Assembly (NCBI GenBank): GCA_051362555.1
Contig: CM120647.1
Coordinates: 62,001-126,000, forward strand
Reading direction: 5' to 3'
Origin: Lingula anatina
Lineage: Eukaryota > Animalia > Brachiopoda
DNA length: 64,000 nt
Positions within the stretch are counted from its first letter, which is position 1, and every line of letters begins with the position of its first letter. Below are positions 28,742 to 43,300 of the stretch, piece after piece. The notes beneath the pieces are model-generated. The model worked only from the letters and a program-made list of their open reading frames with translations. It searched no databases and was not told the origin of the DNA. The translations under genes and the position numbers were made by a program.

Positions 28742-28870
28742 GATGTTTCTATACCAGGAGTATCTAGTCCTGTTAGCTGCCTGATGTTGGTAGTGCCCGA
28801 TACCCATTACGGTAAGAATGTTCCAGTCATCCTTGGTACAAATGTCTTAGATTTGTTGATGAACAGGACC
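27287..28870 (+). mobile_element. Decayed Gypsy gag (PNMA-like capsid + CCHC zinc knuckle) and protease remnant
   Basis: PKIAIFSGD...YDAWNYEV...FYSAKQRDGE; CYRCKQVGHVAIGC knuckle; degenerate protease region with VILGTNVL; several stops; (TA)n(GA)n at 28682-28740. Confidence 0.8.
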
Positions 28871-28889
28871 GCGTCGGTGGATTTAAGTA

Positions 28890-31872
28890 GTTCCCATCTC
28901 AAGAAATGTGTAATCAACCGATCGGACCGCACGTTAACTGACAGTGAGACACGTCTCTTAGTGAAAGGGTTAAACTTCTCCGTAGCACCTAAGACTTTAC
29001 CCGTGGAAGACATCATCATGCATACCTAGGGATGTTATAAGACCGTGGCGATATGCTGATCACTGAAGCCTGTCCATTTCGTCAAGCTTCAGTGAAGATC
29101 GAAGGCAACCTCGAGCCGCTGCCCAAAAATATCTCTCTTCACTCGACATTTCTGCGTAGCATCTCTCGGAAAACTTGGATTTAACCTCGATGTAATCTAG
29201 AATCCCACGACTACTTCTTGGTTAAATCAGTCGAGGTCTCTTAAATGCTTAAAGCCGACGACAGTGATCATGTGACATTCTTGGCATCAAGAGAATAGTA
29301 CCTTTACTTGCGGTTTGTACCTACCAGTTGACAAATTAAAAATCTTTCACGCTCTTAAAAAATTAACATAAACTTTTCACATTTAACAATTATTCTTTAT
29401 AATTTTATTACACTAAGTCATATCATATGGGTATGATTTGAAAACGGGAATTAGTTTACATTTAAGCCACGCGTGCATACAAATTATTTGTAAATCTATA
29501 ACATTTTAACGAGGGTTGTGTGATTTACCTTTTCTTTTTAAGCTGTTCATTCTTCCTCTTTATCAGACGTATCGGTAAAAATCAAATCTATTCCCCCTTT
29601 GAACTTGTAATTACATGTAGCACGTGAATGCTCTGAAAACCAGCACATGTATATTCCGAAACCGCCTCGTAGTAAAAGATGTCACGAAAACGCAGAATTA
29701 TTACTCCTTTGGACTTGAAATAAACCTCCGTTTGATTTTGAGTATATTCCGTAACCGCCTCGTCGTCAGAAATAACAATAAAACTAGAATTATTGCTCAC
29801 GTGAACTTGTAATAAACATCCGTCTGACTTTGACTATACTCCGAAACTGCCTCCTCGTCAGAAATATCACCAAAGAGTACATTTCTTTCTCCTTCGCACT
29901 TGTGAAATATTAGTTTGACTATATTCTGGTCCGACGCTCCTTGTTTATCAGAAATGTCACTAAAGAGTAGAGGTTTTGCCTTGGGACCTTTTTTCCGCAG
30001 CAGTCCCAGGTAGGTGTGGTTCGGCTGAGACGCGCATGGTCAATGTCGATGGTTGATTCAATACTTTTCAAGCCAGTTGAACGTCCACGACAAGTATTTA
30101 GCAAAAATTGATCAAATTGGTCAGACATTACATAAGAATTTGGCGGGAGGTGACCAGCGCACGTGGACGAGTTAATTCCATATAACATCTGTATAGCGTG
30201 ATATTCGGTCACTTTATTCGGTTTTAGGGGTGGTTTAGGGTGAAATGACTATATTTGTTCTCGGTATGTATGTCAAACTATCTAGATCTCAATAAGCTGA
30301 ACTATACCCTACTGCAGAAACACCACCTAAGCTGTACGGTCTTCCTAAGATTCACAAAGAGGGCACACCCTTAAGACCTATAGTGTCAAGTATTGGATCT
30401 ATCACTTACCAGACAGCAAAGTTCCTAGCCAAGATCCTATACCCATTGGTAGGAAAATCATGCCACCATGTAATGAACTCTAAGGACTTTGTGGATAAAG
30501 AGAAGGGTATCATTCTGGGACCACAGGAAGCTCCAGTGTCATATGATGTGTGTGCACTATCCACTGGTGTACCGTTGGAAGATGCTTATAAAGTTCCAAA
30601 CTTGCACAAGATCCCACCCTCAAAGAACGTACTAATCTATCAGTAGAGGACATCACAGAACTATTAGACATTGTATTGAACACCACATAATTTATCTATA
30701 AGTGTGAATTCCATAAGCAGAAACATGGAGCAGCTATGGGCAGTCCAATCAGTCCGATCGTGGCCAATCTGTATATGGAGAACATTGAGGAAGCCGCACT
30801 GGGATCCATGCCCAATCCTCTACGTCTTTGGTTGAGATATGTAGACGACACGTTCACCATCTGCTACAGAGACCACATAACTGCTATCACTGACTTCATC
30901 AACAGCCAGGACCGTAACATCAGGTTCACTAGAGAGCTGGAGGAAAACAATTTTATTGCTTTCCTGGACTCATGAATCACACGTGAAAACGACGGCCACC
31001 TGAGTCTGAAAGTCTACAGGAAGGCCACACATACCAACCAATACTTAAACTTCCAGTCGAATCACTAACGGTTTTTTTTTCTGACTGTATCTGTTGGCTC
31101 ACAGTTGGTTATTGCTGTCTTGTCCTGACGAGGTTTTGGCTTTAAAGCCCAAGATGGGTAACCGCACATCATGAGAGCTTCATCAAGTGTCTTGTTCTCC
31201 AATGACTTGTCTTCCTCATTAGTCACGATCGTGTTGCACCTGTGTTTTAGAGTTCTTACTACCCCCAGTTTCTGATGTAGTGGGTGTTGCGACTGGAAAG
31301 GAATTTCAGAGAAAGTGGGGAGGATCTACAAAAAAACTCAGTATTAACACAGCTTTTAGACCCCAGTGCACATTGAAACAACACCTAGTGGCACCAAAGG
31401 ACAAAAACCCCCAAGAACAACGTTGTGGGACGATATACAGGATCAATTGCCATGACTGTCATTCCTCTTACATTGGTGAGACAGGTAGACAGCTGAAGAC
31501 CAGGGTCAGTGAACACAATCAGTGACTGTAGGCAATACCAGCTCTGCCATCTCTGGACAGCTGAAGACCAGGGTCAGTGAACACAATCAGTGACTGTAGG
31601 CAATACCAGCTCTGCCATCTCTGAACATGTAACAGACACCGGCCACAGTATCGACTGGAATTCAACCAAGATCCTTGAATCTGAGTCATCCGCCATCCCG
31701 CGAAAAATACGAAAGGCTATCAACATCAGCCGTCACCAGCCACCCGTGAATAGGGACGGGGGGATGATCTACCTGACATTTATAAAAGGGTCCTGGCCGC
31801 TATACCACATAGCGGTCAGTGAGTGTGAACAACTACTCACATCAGTCTGATGAAGGCCTTCGACCAGGTTGA
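28890..31872 (+). mobile_element. Penelope-like retroelement (RT + GIY-YIG), disrupted by an insertion, an internal inversion and a tandem duplication
   Basis: VINRSDRTLT...KGLNFSVAP; LYGLPKIHK..PLRPIVS; MGSPISP; WLRYVDDTF; CGTIYRINCHDCHSSYIGETGR; truncated hammerhead core CTGATGA at 31847. Confidence 0.88.
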
Positions 31873-32039
31873 CCCTAAGCTAGGGGTACGGAAATTTTTA
31901 GACTTGTGTTTGATAACTTTCATGTGTGAGCACATGGGTAATTTTATAGCCGATAACAACAAGATATTAAATTCTTATGAACTCGATATTATCAAGAATA
32001 TCAGTTGGTAAGGATTTTCTCTTACACAAAATTATCATT

Positions 32040-33180
32040 AAGAAAATTTTAAAAAATCAAAACAGATAACAACGTGTGCAGCCTCTTCTAGCTGCAACCA
32101 GAGCCCTCACTCGGCGAGGCATTCCTGCACAGAGGTTTCTGAGACTATGATCCGGTATTGCGTTCCACGCATTAATCAGAGCTTGTCTAAGCTGGTGCCG
32201 ATTTGTAGGCTGGACCGTTAAGCTCTTGATTCTGCTAGTGATTTCTGCCCACAGGTTTTCTATTGAATTCATGTCAGGGGAATTTCGTCGGCAAAGGCAA
32301 CTGGTTTACCTCTGGTTTTGCAGAAAAGCAGTTATTTCATGGGCACGGTGTGGTCTGGCATTGTCATCTTGCAGGATAAAGTTGTCCTGGAAGCGCCTTC
32401 TTGTAAATGGCAGGCATTTTCTCAAATGTCCCTGTATTTCATCTGGTTGAGGTTTCCATCAATTGCCACCAAAAGTGTTTGGGCTCCAGCGTGGAAACCG
32501 GCCCATGCACAGATACTGTCGATCACCGCCTCAAGTCACTGTAGGGTGACACAAGCCTCGTGCAGTACCTCGTCTGGAAGCCCACGCACGAAGATCCAGC
32601 CATCGCGGTGGTGGAACTCAAACCTTGCCTTCTCTGTGAAAAATCTACATGAACCCAGTACTGTGGCTGGAACCGCAAATGGTGTCTATCCCACCATAGA
32701 CGCAGACGTTGGTGTTGCTCTGATAATAGAGGTAACCAGCTTAAAGTAGCCTTGCTAGGGTTCTAGAAACACGCCTTTGAATGGTAATTTGCCACTCATT
32801 TTGTAGAGCAAGAGTTGTGATTTCCGGTTGTTGCGACATAACCGCAGAAGCAAACGGTCTTCCCTTCTGGTGGTGACTTTCGGACGTCCTGGCCGTGGTC
32901 TCTGTGTTGGTTTTCCAGTCTGGGCGTGTTTCTGTAAGACATTAGAAACTGCTCCCTGGGACACATTCAGCTGTCCGGCAATAGCAGTTTCCTTCTGTCC
33001 ATTCTGGCATAATGCAACAATATTATGGCAAGTTGCTGCCGTTAGTTCACGTACCATAAGGTCAGCTAAAAGTCTGCAAAATATCAAACTCTTCTGAAGC
33101 TTCTGAACGATTTCGTTGAGACTAAATCTGTATTAACAGAAAGGTTAACAGAAGACGTAGTCTGCCCTGATGAAATTAAA
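32040..33180 (-). mobile_element. Decayed Tc1 transposase
   Basis: IAGQLNVSQGAVS..RPRPGRPKVTT; QDDNARPHRA; DMNSIENLW..MPRRVRALVAARRG. Confidence 0.85.
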
Positions 33181-33197
33181 CTGAATGACTCCCAACC

Positions 33198-33435
33198 CAG
33201 TGGCGGATTTAGAGGGGAGGTGGGGGGGTCCTGACCCCCCCCCCCCCCTTCGATTTCTGGTCCCCCTCTTGAAATTATAATTTTGTCTAGTTGTAAACAA
33301 TACCAAATGGCACCGTTCGCCCTCTTAAATACCAAAAATTTTCGGGGACCTTCAATTGGCCCCTAATCTCATGCAAAGTAGGGGGGTGCATCCGCGGACA
33401 CACACACCCCTTCAAATAATCCTGGATCCTCCTCT
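33198..33435. mobile_element. Small GC-rich MITE (CAGTGGCGGAT termini, hAT-like)
   Basis: CAGTGGCGGATTTAG ... CTGGATCCTCCTCTG inverted ends; similar element at ~48884-49036. Confidence 0.55.
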
Positions 33436-34622
33436 GCTCACTTTCACTGGGAAAGCCTGACAATGCAGTGACCTTTGGTAGTTTGGCTGTAACGTAAGAG
33501 CAGTTCTGAAGGCAGGTTCTAACTATCATCAGATTGATTTGTGTTTGACAGATACAGGGAAGAAACAATAAAAGTGCTACTCAGACACGACGCACAAAGT
33601 CAGTGCTACCCATCAGACAAGACATCTGATTCATCACATTCCCTGACCATGAGGACAGGTGTAGACACTTCATGTGTCATGTTTGTTTGCCTAGTTACAG
33701 AGATACAGAAGTAAAACGGTTTTTCAGTAATGTCGATCCTTATTTGCATATTAAGGAAAATTGTGTAAATCTAATTCTAACAGTAACAGCTTAATAATGT
33801 TCCTCGACCCTGCAAATATAGGTAAAGACACTTCATTTGTCATATTCGCCTGTCTAGTTACATAGATATTACAGAAAATTGGAAGTCTGGCGTCCATTTT
33901 ATTTTTTTATTTTTTATTTATTATTATTATTTTTTTTTATTTTATTATTTTTTTTTTTTTTTGCAAATTAGACAGTTAAAAAGGCAATATTTCGCTTGGG
34001 AACCGGGTTAATGGGATTCAGCATGCTAATAAGCCTGCTTTCCAACTTTTAACCCAAAATGCCCCTTGCTTCTTATGCAGAGCCTTTTTCAAAAATCCCA
34101 CTTGACTACAACGCTTGGTTCAACTGTAACTTTAAGCATTATCTAATACCATTTTGTGCATGTTCATCGTTATTTACATTGGGATTTTCAATGCAATCTG
34201 TGAGTTGCAACTCTCATGGGCCTGAAGCTATGTTCTTATTGCCTGTTTTGCATAATATTCACCAATATTGATAAAATAACCTCGGGTAACTTAATTTTCT
34301 GTTTTTTGTCTGTGCATTCGATAGCTCTGCCGATTTGGTTTTATTTTACCTTCTGGGCCCTTTCTACTCAAAGATACAAAATAGGAGATGCAAAAAAATT
34401 AATAATGAAATAAATGTAAAAAACAATACCAGTGTCAACCTTTTTATTGGGTGAAGAAAACAACAAAAATTAAGACGGTTATCACAAACGAAGAAATCAT
34501 CATTTATTCAAAACTTTGGAAAGTACATTTTGGTGTTCGATTTCCAGGTTTATACTTTTTTATTGTAGTTAACCTGCCATAAGACTGCAATTGGTTGTTA
34601 TGCATCATACTATATATGCAAG

Positions 34623-37315
34623 CTAAATGTTTTTATAGTCGGTGAAATGAAATGAAGGCCCAACATTTGGGCCTTTATTAGGATCCCCGTTTTCGTATAA
34701 TGGAGTCCGTGCTAGTACCTGTCCCTGTAAAAGCAAGGCATGCATTAAACCTATGCAATCAATAATTTTTTTAGGCTTACCACTTAAACCTTGCTGGATA
34801 CAATGTATGAGACTTGTATACATTCTGCTAAAAACGTTAGTTAAAGTAAATGCTCTTGGTCGAACCCTATGCCCCTCTGGGTATGGCTGAGTTGCAAGTG
34901 ACCAAACCCCTTTTGGGTCAAAAGGTATTGACTGTCCATTATATTCATAGTGAGTGGCGCAATCTACCGATTCTTCCTTTTCTGACTGGTACAGATTAGA
35001 ATTACACGATTTTGTGACTTTTCGATGCTGTGTTCCAGGCGGGATTTCACTACAAGGTCCTGTTACACGTATCTCTCTCCCCTTGACAATTTGAGAAAAT
35101 TTGAAATAATGAGACAGATCTTTTTCTGCTGTCAAAGGCATGCACACATTGCTTCCTTCTCCTTGTTCTGTAATCATATCTATAGCCTTGATGGCTGTCG
35201 TTATGTTATAGATAGGAAATGGCTTTAAAGTTGTCGTCTTTCCATACCACATTGTTTCGTCTATTTGTTCAGACGGATTCCCCAAAAATATATCACCTTG
35301 TTTGGCAAGATTAATTAAAAGAAATTTTATTCTGTTATAAAAGGTCGGTATGCTGTTAGAATTGTTTCTGGAAAAACAGGAACGATCAATCTTAAATTGA
35401 TCTCTGGTGCAACTGTCAGCCGGAAGACTGTATCGTAATGCAGATTCAAATGGAAATATCGATTGTTTTTCATTACACTCAGTGGATAGAATCCTTTCTG
35501 GTTTTTCTATTTCCAAGAAAACAGATTCAATGTATTCTTTTGAAACACTCCGTAAAGAAATGAGCAAGTCCGGTCTTACACCACCGGGAAGTCTGGTGGG
35601 ATACGTAGGAAGAGAATTTTGGTTTGCCAGTACAGGGTCACCGCCAACAGCATTTAATATATTAGCTACCATTGTCATGTGTAGCATTTCTTGTACCAGA
35701 ACTGATCGTATGGTTTCCGCAATGTAAATGTTTGTTCCCTCTTTGATAGATATAAGTGCAGTCAAATAAGGAGGGATTGTGGTAAATTCTAGTAAAAGCG
35801 CCTGCTGGAGAAGTCGGCGGAGTTCTTCAACGGTATCAATAGAACCTAAAACTGGTTTTTCCAACCATTTGTTAAGCATCTCTACTTTACGCGGAGACAA
35901 ATCTCGTGTCACCGGCATGTAATGAGGGTGATCAAACGGTAGATTGAGTGTCCACCTAATCTTTTCTTTGTTGTGTATAACACTTTCATAATCTGTTAAA
36001 TGCACAAAACTATTCATAGCGGGGTAGAACTTACTGTATTGTTCGAAAATGGGAAGCACGTGTTGATACCAAGTCGGAACCTGGGGGATGACGTATTCTT
36101 TGAATATTTTTACAGCCAAAAACGACGTGGCAAAATGTGAATGTCTTTGTGTGTCTGTGAACTTAATAAACAGAAGAAAAAGTTGGGCATCTTGAAGTTC
36201 TATTCTACGGTGATATCGACCATTGACGACTGGGTCTTTGGTGCTGATTTTGATATGTGCTTTACCATCCGTGTCTGTCTTTACTGGTTGGTAAAACTTG
36301 AGTGCGGACTTTGGGTAACTAAAGCCACCGCTGCAAGGACCACAAATGTGATAGGAACAGGTACTTCTATTCCCAAAGTGTAAACTAATCTCTATACCCT
36401 CTACTGGATGACCAAACTGACTTGCAAACACGTCAAACCGCCAAGATTCATCAGGACTTTTCATGTAGGAATTGTTATACATCGCACCCACATTGATACC
36501 ATTCGTCAGCTCCATGAGAACTATTGTGCATATAGGTTTTCCTTTTACATAATTTAATTTGAACATAGATAAAGGGGCATATTCTATGTTTTGCTTGAAT
36601 GTATTTGACACGTTCAACGATAGCACACCTGCAGTATTATGGTATAGACCGGGTTCGCCATACTTAACCTCGACTGTGTCTGGTAAGTCCGAAATATCAC
36701 AATTAGACCCAATCCTATTGTCTGGTTTTGCTGAAATTCCTACATATATCCTACCGATGTCGGTTTCATTATAAAAGCCTTCTTCTGTTATCCGAAGGCT
36801 ATTTCCTATATCTATAGTTAGCAGTTGGCGGTTTTTGTCAAAGACAAACGGAATATGACAGAAAGGGAGTCCAAGACATTCTTCGTCTTTAGCCCTCATC
36901 ATTCTGGTAAATCTAGTGAACGGTATAGAATCTTTAGGATGGTGCTCCCCTATTGTCCCAACCAAACGTCCAGACAAAAACTGCTCACTATAATTTTCAG
37001 TATCATACATATCAAGATTGAACTTTACTGACAATGAACGCGGCAAATTATTACTAATCTCTTGTATAAAACGGGAATTATATGGGGCAGTGAACCACTC
37101 AACATCTGTTAAAACTGATTTTACTTGCACTGCAAGAGACCTTGCAAACATAACTGACGTTTCTGGGCACTTCAACCATCCTTGCTGTGTTGGCGTTGGC
37201 ACCAATTTTCCTCGGAAAACATTAGGTAACATCAAAGTCATACCATATATGGATGGGAAAGTATCACACATTGTATATATATCTACCATTTTAGCCGGCG
37301 CAGCTGCATTCCAAT
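34623..37315 (-). CDS. VioB-like gene exon 4 (2693 nt, includes ferritin-like domain)
   Basis: Acceptor CTTCTTTTGTAG|AT TGG; the long ORF of the track minus its first 9-10 codons. Confidence 0.92.
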
Positions 37316-40300
37316 CTACAAAAAGAAGATATGCTTCTTGCAAGACTGATTTGCTTCAAACTTACAGTGCCTTTATTCCTTAAAACTTATATGTGTTTGC
37401 ATTTACATCAGCCAAAGTAAAAAGAAGGTAAGCATTATACTTTTTAACACTGTACATATTCTGATAAAAAATCGGACTTTTTACATACTTTGCTAAATAT
37501 TTCAAATTTCAGATTTAACATGATTCAATAGAATGATATCAATATAAACATGTTATTCACATTGGCAATGTTTAAAGAGGACAACGATATCAATTACATT
37601 TTTTTAATTCAGTTTTCACCTGCATTTTCCTACCTTCAAATATTTGACCAATAACAGAATCACCTTCCTTGACACACGTTCTATCCGAATAACATACACT
37701 GGTAACAAATGTATCATAAAACATGAAGTTTCCAGAACCCTGAAAACAACAAATTCTACATTTCTGAATCACCATACATGCCTATATTTCAGCATGACTC
37801 TAGAAAAGCACTCAGAGAGCGCAGACCTCCGCCGAGGCAGCAAAGTCTCCATCCAATGCCCTTTCACCCCTAAATGTTCGATAATTTTGATTATTGTTTG
37901 ATAATTGATCCAGATCACCACCAAAAACTAAACATCTCTTTCTTGGTCTACTTCTGACAGTTCCTGAAAATTTCATCAAAATCGGTCCATAACTTTTTGA
38001 GTTATCTTGATGACAGACAAACAAACAAACAGAGAAACAGGGGTGAAAACATAACCTCCTTGGCGGAGGTAACAACAGTTTCATCGTTAAGATGATAAGT
38101 GTTTTTTGCATGGGTTAATTAATAATTTGGACAGGTGTACGTAGTCGTATATAGTGTCATATTGAAATATTGTGTTTAATTTGCCCTTTGTTACATGGCA
38201 AATACGCAAATTAAGACAATATATCTAGCTAATGTTTGCAGGCTTCTGCGTATAGTCTATGTTTTCTCGTTTTCGTGATTGTTTTGGTCTGTCTAATTTG
38301 CTGACGTATGGAAATGCCATTCTCGGACAAAATCAGTTGGCAAGCTGTATTAAACAATTATTGCGTTCTACATAACGTGCGGCACCTTTCAATCTGCATT
38401 AAAGGGGCATACAAACCGAGGGAGGGTGCTACCATAGTTGTTGAGATGATATAAGAGTAGAGTCTAAAATTGTTTATCTTAAATAATCATTACCATTAGA
38501 TGTATATATTATTCGTCAAAACGCGATTTTAACTTCGTTTTTTGTCTGTTCTTCGCGTTCAGTTTTACGCTCTGCTTTCTTCTAAAACGGTTTGAGCGCA
38601 CAATTCTTTCACTGCGCGCGCATCTTATACTACTAATACTATCAGGACTTTCTAATCAGCCCGGAAGCAACTGGCCCATATGACCATTATTTTCCCTATT
38701 ATTAGACGTGTCCTCGTTTTCAAAATGTACCTACCGCTCTAAGAAAATTATGGCATTAGAAGACGGCATGGAGAGGGGTAAGAATAACACTTGTTTATAC
38801 GTTGACTTTTAGAGTTTTACGTTAATAAACTGTGCAGAACGATGCAGAATATGTTTTACTTAAATTTTATACACCTAAGGAATATTCATGTATCTGACTT
38901 CAGCGAGTATTATCTGACTTCACTAGGTTGTATCAAAATGGCGTCACATAAATCTCCGACGTAAACACGCTTTTTGGAATAAAGACAAATGCAGCTTAAG
39001 GGATTATTTTTCTTTTAGATAGGTTGAGATTCATTTTCGAACATGTAAAATTTTTGGGATGGCACCAAACCTGTAACTTGTAAATTTTCAATATTCCCAA
39101 CAAGGTGTACATTTAGTGTGACGATCAGTGTCGAGTGACGCACTGATAACAATATTGGTCTCATATCTTGAATTTATGTCAGAATTAAATAGGGCCTACA
39201 TAACACTTGTTTTCTCGTGTTATTTCTGTGATTTGATTAAATTCGATGAAAGGCTTTGTAAATTGACCATGTGCTTGGTCCTGCACATGTTTGACGTACA
39301 TGTACGTACCGGTGTAACGTGACAGAGAGTCCACCATAACAGAGAGTCCGCTTCCTATTCATTTGTACATTTGTACTCGCCCTAGATTTTGACCCACTTA
39401 GGTCAGACTAACCCTAACCATTATAACTATAGGGAGGGCCCTCAGTTTCGTAACACCGGGATATGTATGCGCTCTCGTATGTGTGCAGGGGGATGGGGGG
39501 GTCTGTATTAACCTAAATACAGGGGCATGGATTAGATTTATTAACCATTTTTATACTCTCGTTGATTGAAATGACTTCATTGTCATACATTACTATTATT
39601 ACATTTATTTCAGTTCTTGTGTGCATGTGTGTGTAAATTTCCCCTGTGTGTTATTTTCAATCTTTAGACAAGTAGAATATATTCATAGTTGGAATATTAT
39701 ATGTTATTATTATTATTTTTAAAATTTTTACTAGGCTTAAATGAAGACCACATGAATGGAACCAGGATATGAATCTATTTGCCATGCCTTTATCTACAAC
39801 CCTCATGACAGTAGCCCCCATCAATTCCAAATGCTTTGCAACATAGAGCACCATGACACAACCTCTGGCATGCAATTAATTAAAGATATTCTTGACCTAT
39901 GCTGATGCTTATACTTATTGTTATTGTATCAATACAAGGTAGTTTAACCACTCAAAATGGTTTCAGTAGGTATGTACAGTTTAAAATACGTATATATATA
40001 ATAATAAACAACCGTATAAAGAAATGAATTTAAGGCACTTGGACAAAAATATACTGTGTCACTTCAGATGCAACAAAGATGGACTAGAATGTGACTAATA
40101 AGCAAGTTTTTGGAAGTTTTGATAATATATTTGTTAAATTGAAGAGTTACCTTTCTATTAAAAGAAATATCTTATGAACTGCAATGTGAATAAGTACTGA
40201 TATATATACTAATCACTATATGCTGTGAAAAAAAATTTTGATAAAATAAATATATTTGCATTTTACTCTTAGTAACAGTGTATTGATATTTGCTCTTGGG

Positions 40301-43300
40301 TTGAATGTTTTAGTTTCTTTGGTATACAAGTGTCTCAAATGTAAATAAAAATATTAAAACAATAAGAATTAATGAAATATAATACTTCGCTTTATTCTGT
40401 CGTTGCTGTTAGCTTTTCATCTTTTAATAAAATTAATTGATATACCCTACAAGTTAGCCTAATCAAAAATACCTATTTGCCTTAGAAAAATATGTAACAT
40501 TTATTAATATGAGCATCCTAACAATTTTTTCCCTGTTTCTTCCAACTCCAGGTTAGTATCAGCATGTCAATACATTTACAAAGCCTGGCTACTGATTGTG
40601 TGCTAGCGTACAAAAAAAGCCAAAACGAGGCTGGATAGCCCTTTATTGCCTCTGTTGACATGTCATTGCCTTCTCTATTATAATCCTACTTTTATTCGTG
40701 CAAGTTTTGTGTCGTACTTCTTTCTGTTTTTTATCCCTCTTATGTGCTAAAAAGTTTTTTGTTCGCATCATTCGCTGCATTGACTTGTTAAATTAGGGCA
40801 TTCACGTGGTACGCCTGCTCACTCGGCCTTCACCAATGGCAAATAGGTTGGGCAGTTTTCTCACACTTCTTCCCGCCCGTTCATTCATATGCTAGTATCT
40901 GAGTCATGTGACACGCAAGGTATGTTACAATCGCAGGATGTAAATGCGATTTTTAGTTCTTTATTTCAACATACTGGGTGCGTGTTAGACGTTAAATACA
41001 AATAGATCTTGTTTATTCGGAGTGTTTGATGCTGTGAAAGTGCTGTTTTTGTGAATAATTGTCAACTTAAACCGCTTTGTATGTCCGTTTAACGTTGTCA
41101 TATAACACCTTCATCCTCGGTGCAGGGGAACAGAGTTTGGTTTTTATAGTGATTCGGTGTACGAGATGTTTGAATACCGAATCGTAAAAACTTTTTTCTG
41201 GATTCAATTTTGCCAGCTTTGCACTTGGTTAATCCAAGGTGCCACACTTGCTCAGCATATTCTCGGGTAGGTTTTACATTAGACGTACAGATTTTCAGAA
41301 ATCCATGAGACGAAAAATCCGCTCTTTTTAAAAATCTTATGAAATGTATCCTCTGACAAACTTTTGTGTAAATGCGATTGATATGGATTTCCCAATTTAG
41401 ATCTTGACTTATATTGAGTCCCAAGAATACGCAAGAATTCACTTTGTCTATTGTTTTACCATCAATTGTTATTTGCTGGAGTGGATGGCTAGAGTTTGAG
41501 AAATCGAACCGTATCTCTTTTGTTTTCTAGGAATTTAGGAACATCTTGTTTTCTTTTGACCAACGGTTTCTGCTGCGGCAGAATAATGCGAAATACGATG
41601 ATTAATCGTTTGAGATACATTCCATTACGCTGCTAGTTCGTCACTATAACGCTGCATATACGCTATACATGCGCTACCTACAGGTATTATCAAATTACCG
41701 CATTTGTAGCGTAGCTTAATCGTCGTGTGAGTGGCGTATCCTTAGCATGTGTGTAACGACTGGGTAACGTACAACTCAAATGCATGCATACACTGAACAT
41801 TTTTTAACATGCTCAAAATTCTTCTTTTTTTTCCAGCTGCATAACTAAGAGAATACCAACGGCTGCATGGGTATGCAAAACGAATACGGCGTGTTAACAA
41901 TTAACGAACCCACTGCGTTTGTTTGCCTATTTCATACATGTTGCAAACAAATGCAAAAGATAGCTTTCACACCAATTGCCGTCTCAGAAGACAAGATCTA
42001 TAAGTCAGTTTGGAAAAATAAGAACATACTGAAATACTGGGTAAGGCCGAGGATTGCAAGACGCACCTTGTATAACGATTACGCATGATTAATAAAAAGA
42101 TCTTGAACTTGAAAATCAGGAAAGCTTAATTTCCTTCAAAAGAATTAAAACCATCCATGATTTACGAACTTTTGAACAGACCACATCCACGACGAACGAA
42201 ATAGCATACAAACTTTCCCAAACAGGACACGCATATAACCTGTAAACATCCGCACTTCTCAACAAAAACAAACATAATAATAGTGATGATAATAATAATA
42301 ATTAACTTTATTTAAAGAGGGTAAAACATGGTAAATGCATACACTTATCTTACACATGGTCCTCTAGAGGGTTAAAATGAGATATTGTGTTAATGAATTT
42401 TCCTTTGTTTTTTTAAACAATATTTTAAAAGTATCCAAGTCTTCAGAGTGTAGGCAGTTTCATATTTTAATCGAGGTCTATATTGGGCCTTTAGTTTATA
42501 TGCCTTTATGTCTGACAACTGGTAAATAGAAATTTCCCTTATTATTTGATCGGGTGATTCTGCCTGTAGTGTCTATGGTTGTAGTTCCCAGTGAGTCTTT
42601 GATGTATTTAGGTGAGAGTTCACTTAAAGATTTAAAAACTAATGTGGCTTTCTTAAATTCTATCCGTTCATAGATTGTTTGCCATTTTAGTTTCTTCAAT
42701 AGTTAATTTGTTGGATATTATTTGGCTTCTTTTTCTAGGATTTCGAGAATGCTTCTTGCTCCACGTTTCTAAAGTTTGTATATTTTTTCTAGTTTTGCAC
42801 AGCTGCTCCATATGATGGAGCAGTAATCCAGATGTGGTAGTATATGTGCATTATAAAACAGTGCCCTTGTTTCCAGTGTTAAGTATCGTTTTAGTTTGGA
42901 TAGAAGGGAAAGTTTACTGTTAATTCTTTTTTCAAGTTTATGCACATAGTCATTCCAGTTAAGATTTTCATTAATATATACACCTTAAAGTTTTTCTGTT
43001 TGTACATTATCTAAAATGTCCCTGTTAAACATTACCTTTAAACAAAAGATATTAGACTCCTGCAGAACGTGTAAGGAATTATTTTTTATAATGAAACACT
43101 TTAGATCACTACACATATGATTTCGTATTGTATTTACAGAGGAAACGAATAGGCCCTACCTTTCATCTAATATAATTGACTTTATGTAATTGTCTTTAGA
43201 AAATTATTCTTAATATGTACCATAAACATTAATTCCTGTTATAAGGGAACGTATATTATCATTTTTTTCTTTAAAAAGCCTCCGACGGGATGATGGGAAG

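Noticed and set aside
37316-37343. Track start 'MQEAYLLFV' of the 906-aa ORF
   Set aside because: It is a TTG within the polypyrimidine tract/acceptor of intron 3; an in-frame stop lies at 37356-37358 and the true N-terminus is on upstream exons.
34623-37343. Bacterial contaminant or symbiont contig / violacein operon
   Set aside because: The gene has spliceosomal introns with animal transposons and poly(A) signals, and no vioA/C/D/E or reb/sta neighbours in the window.
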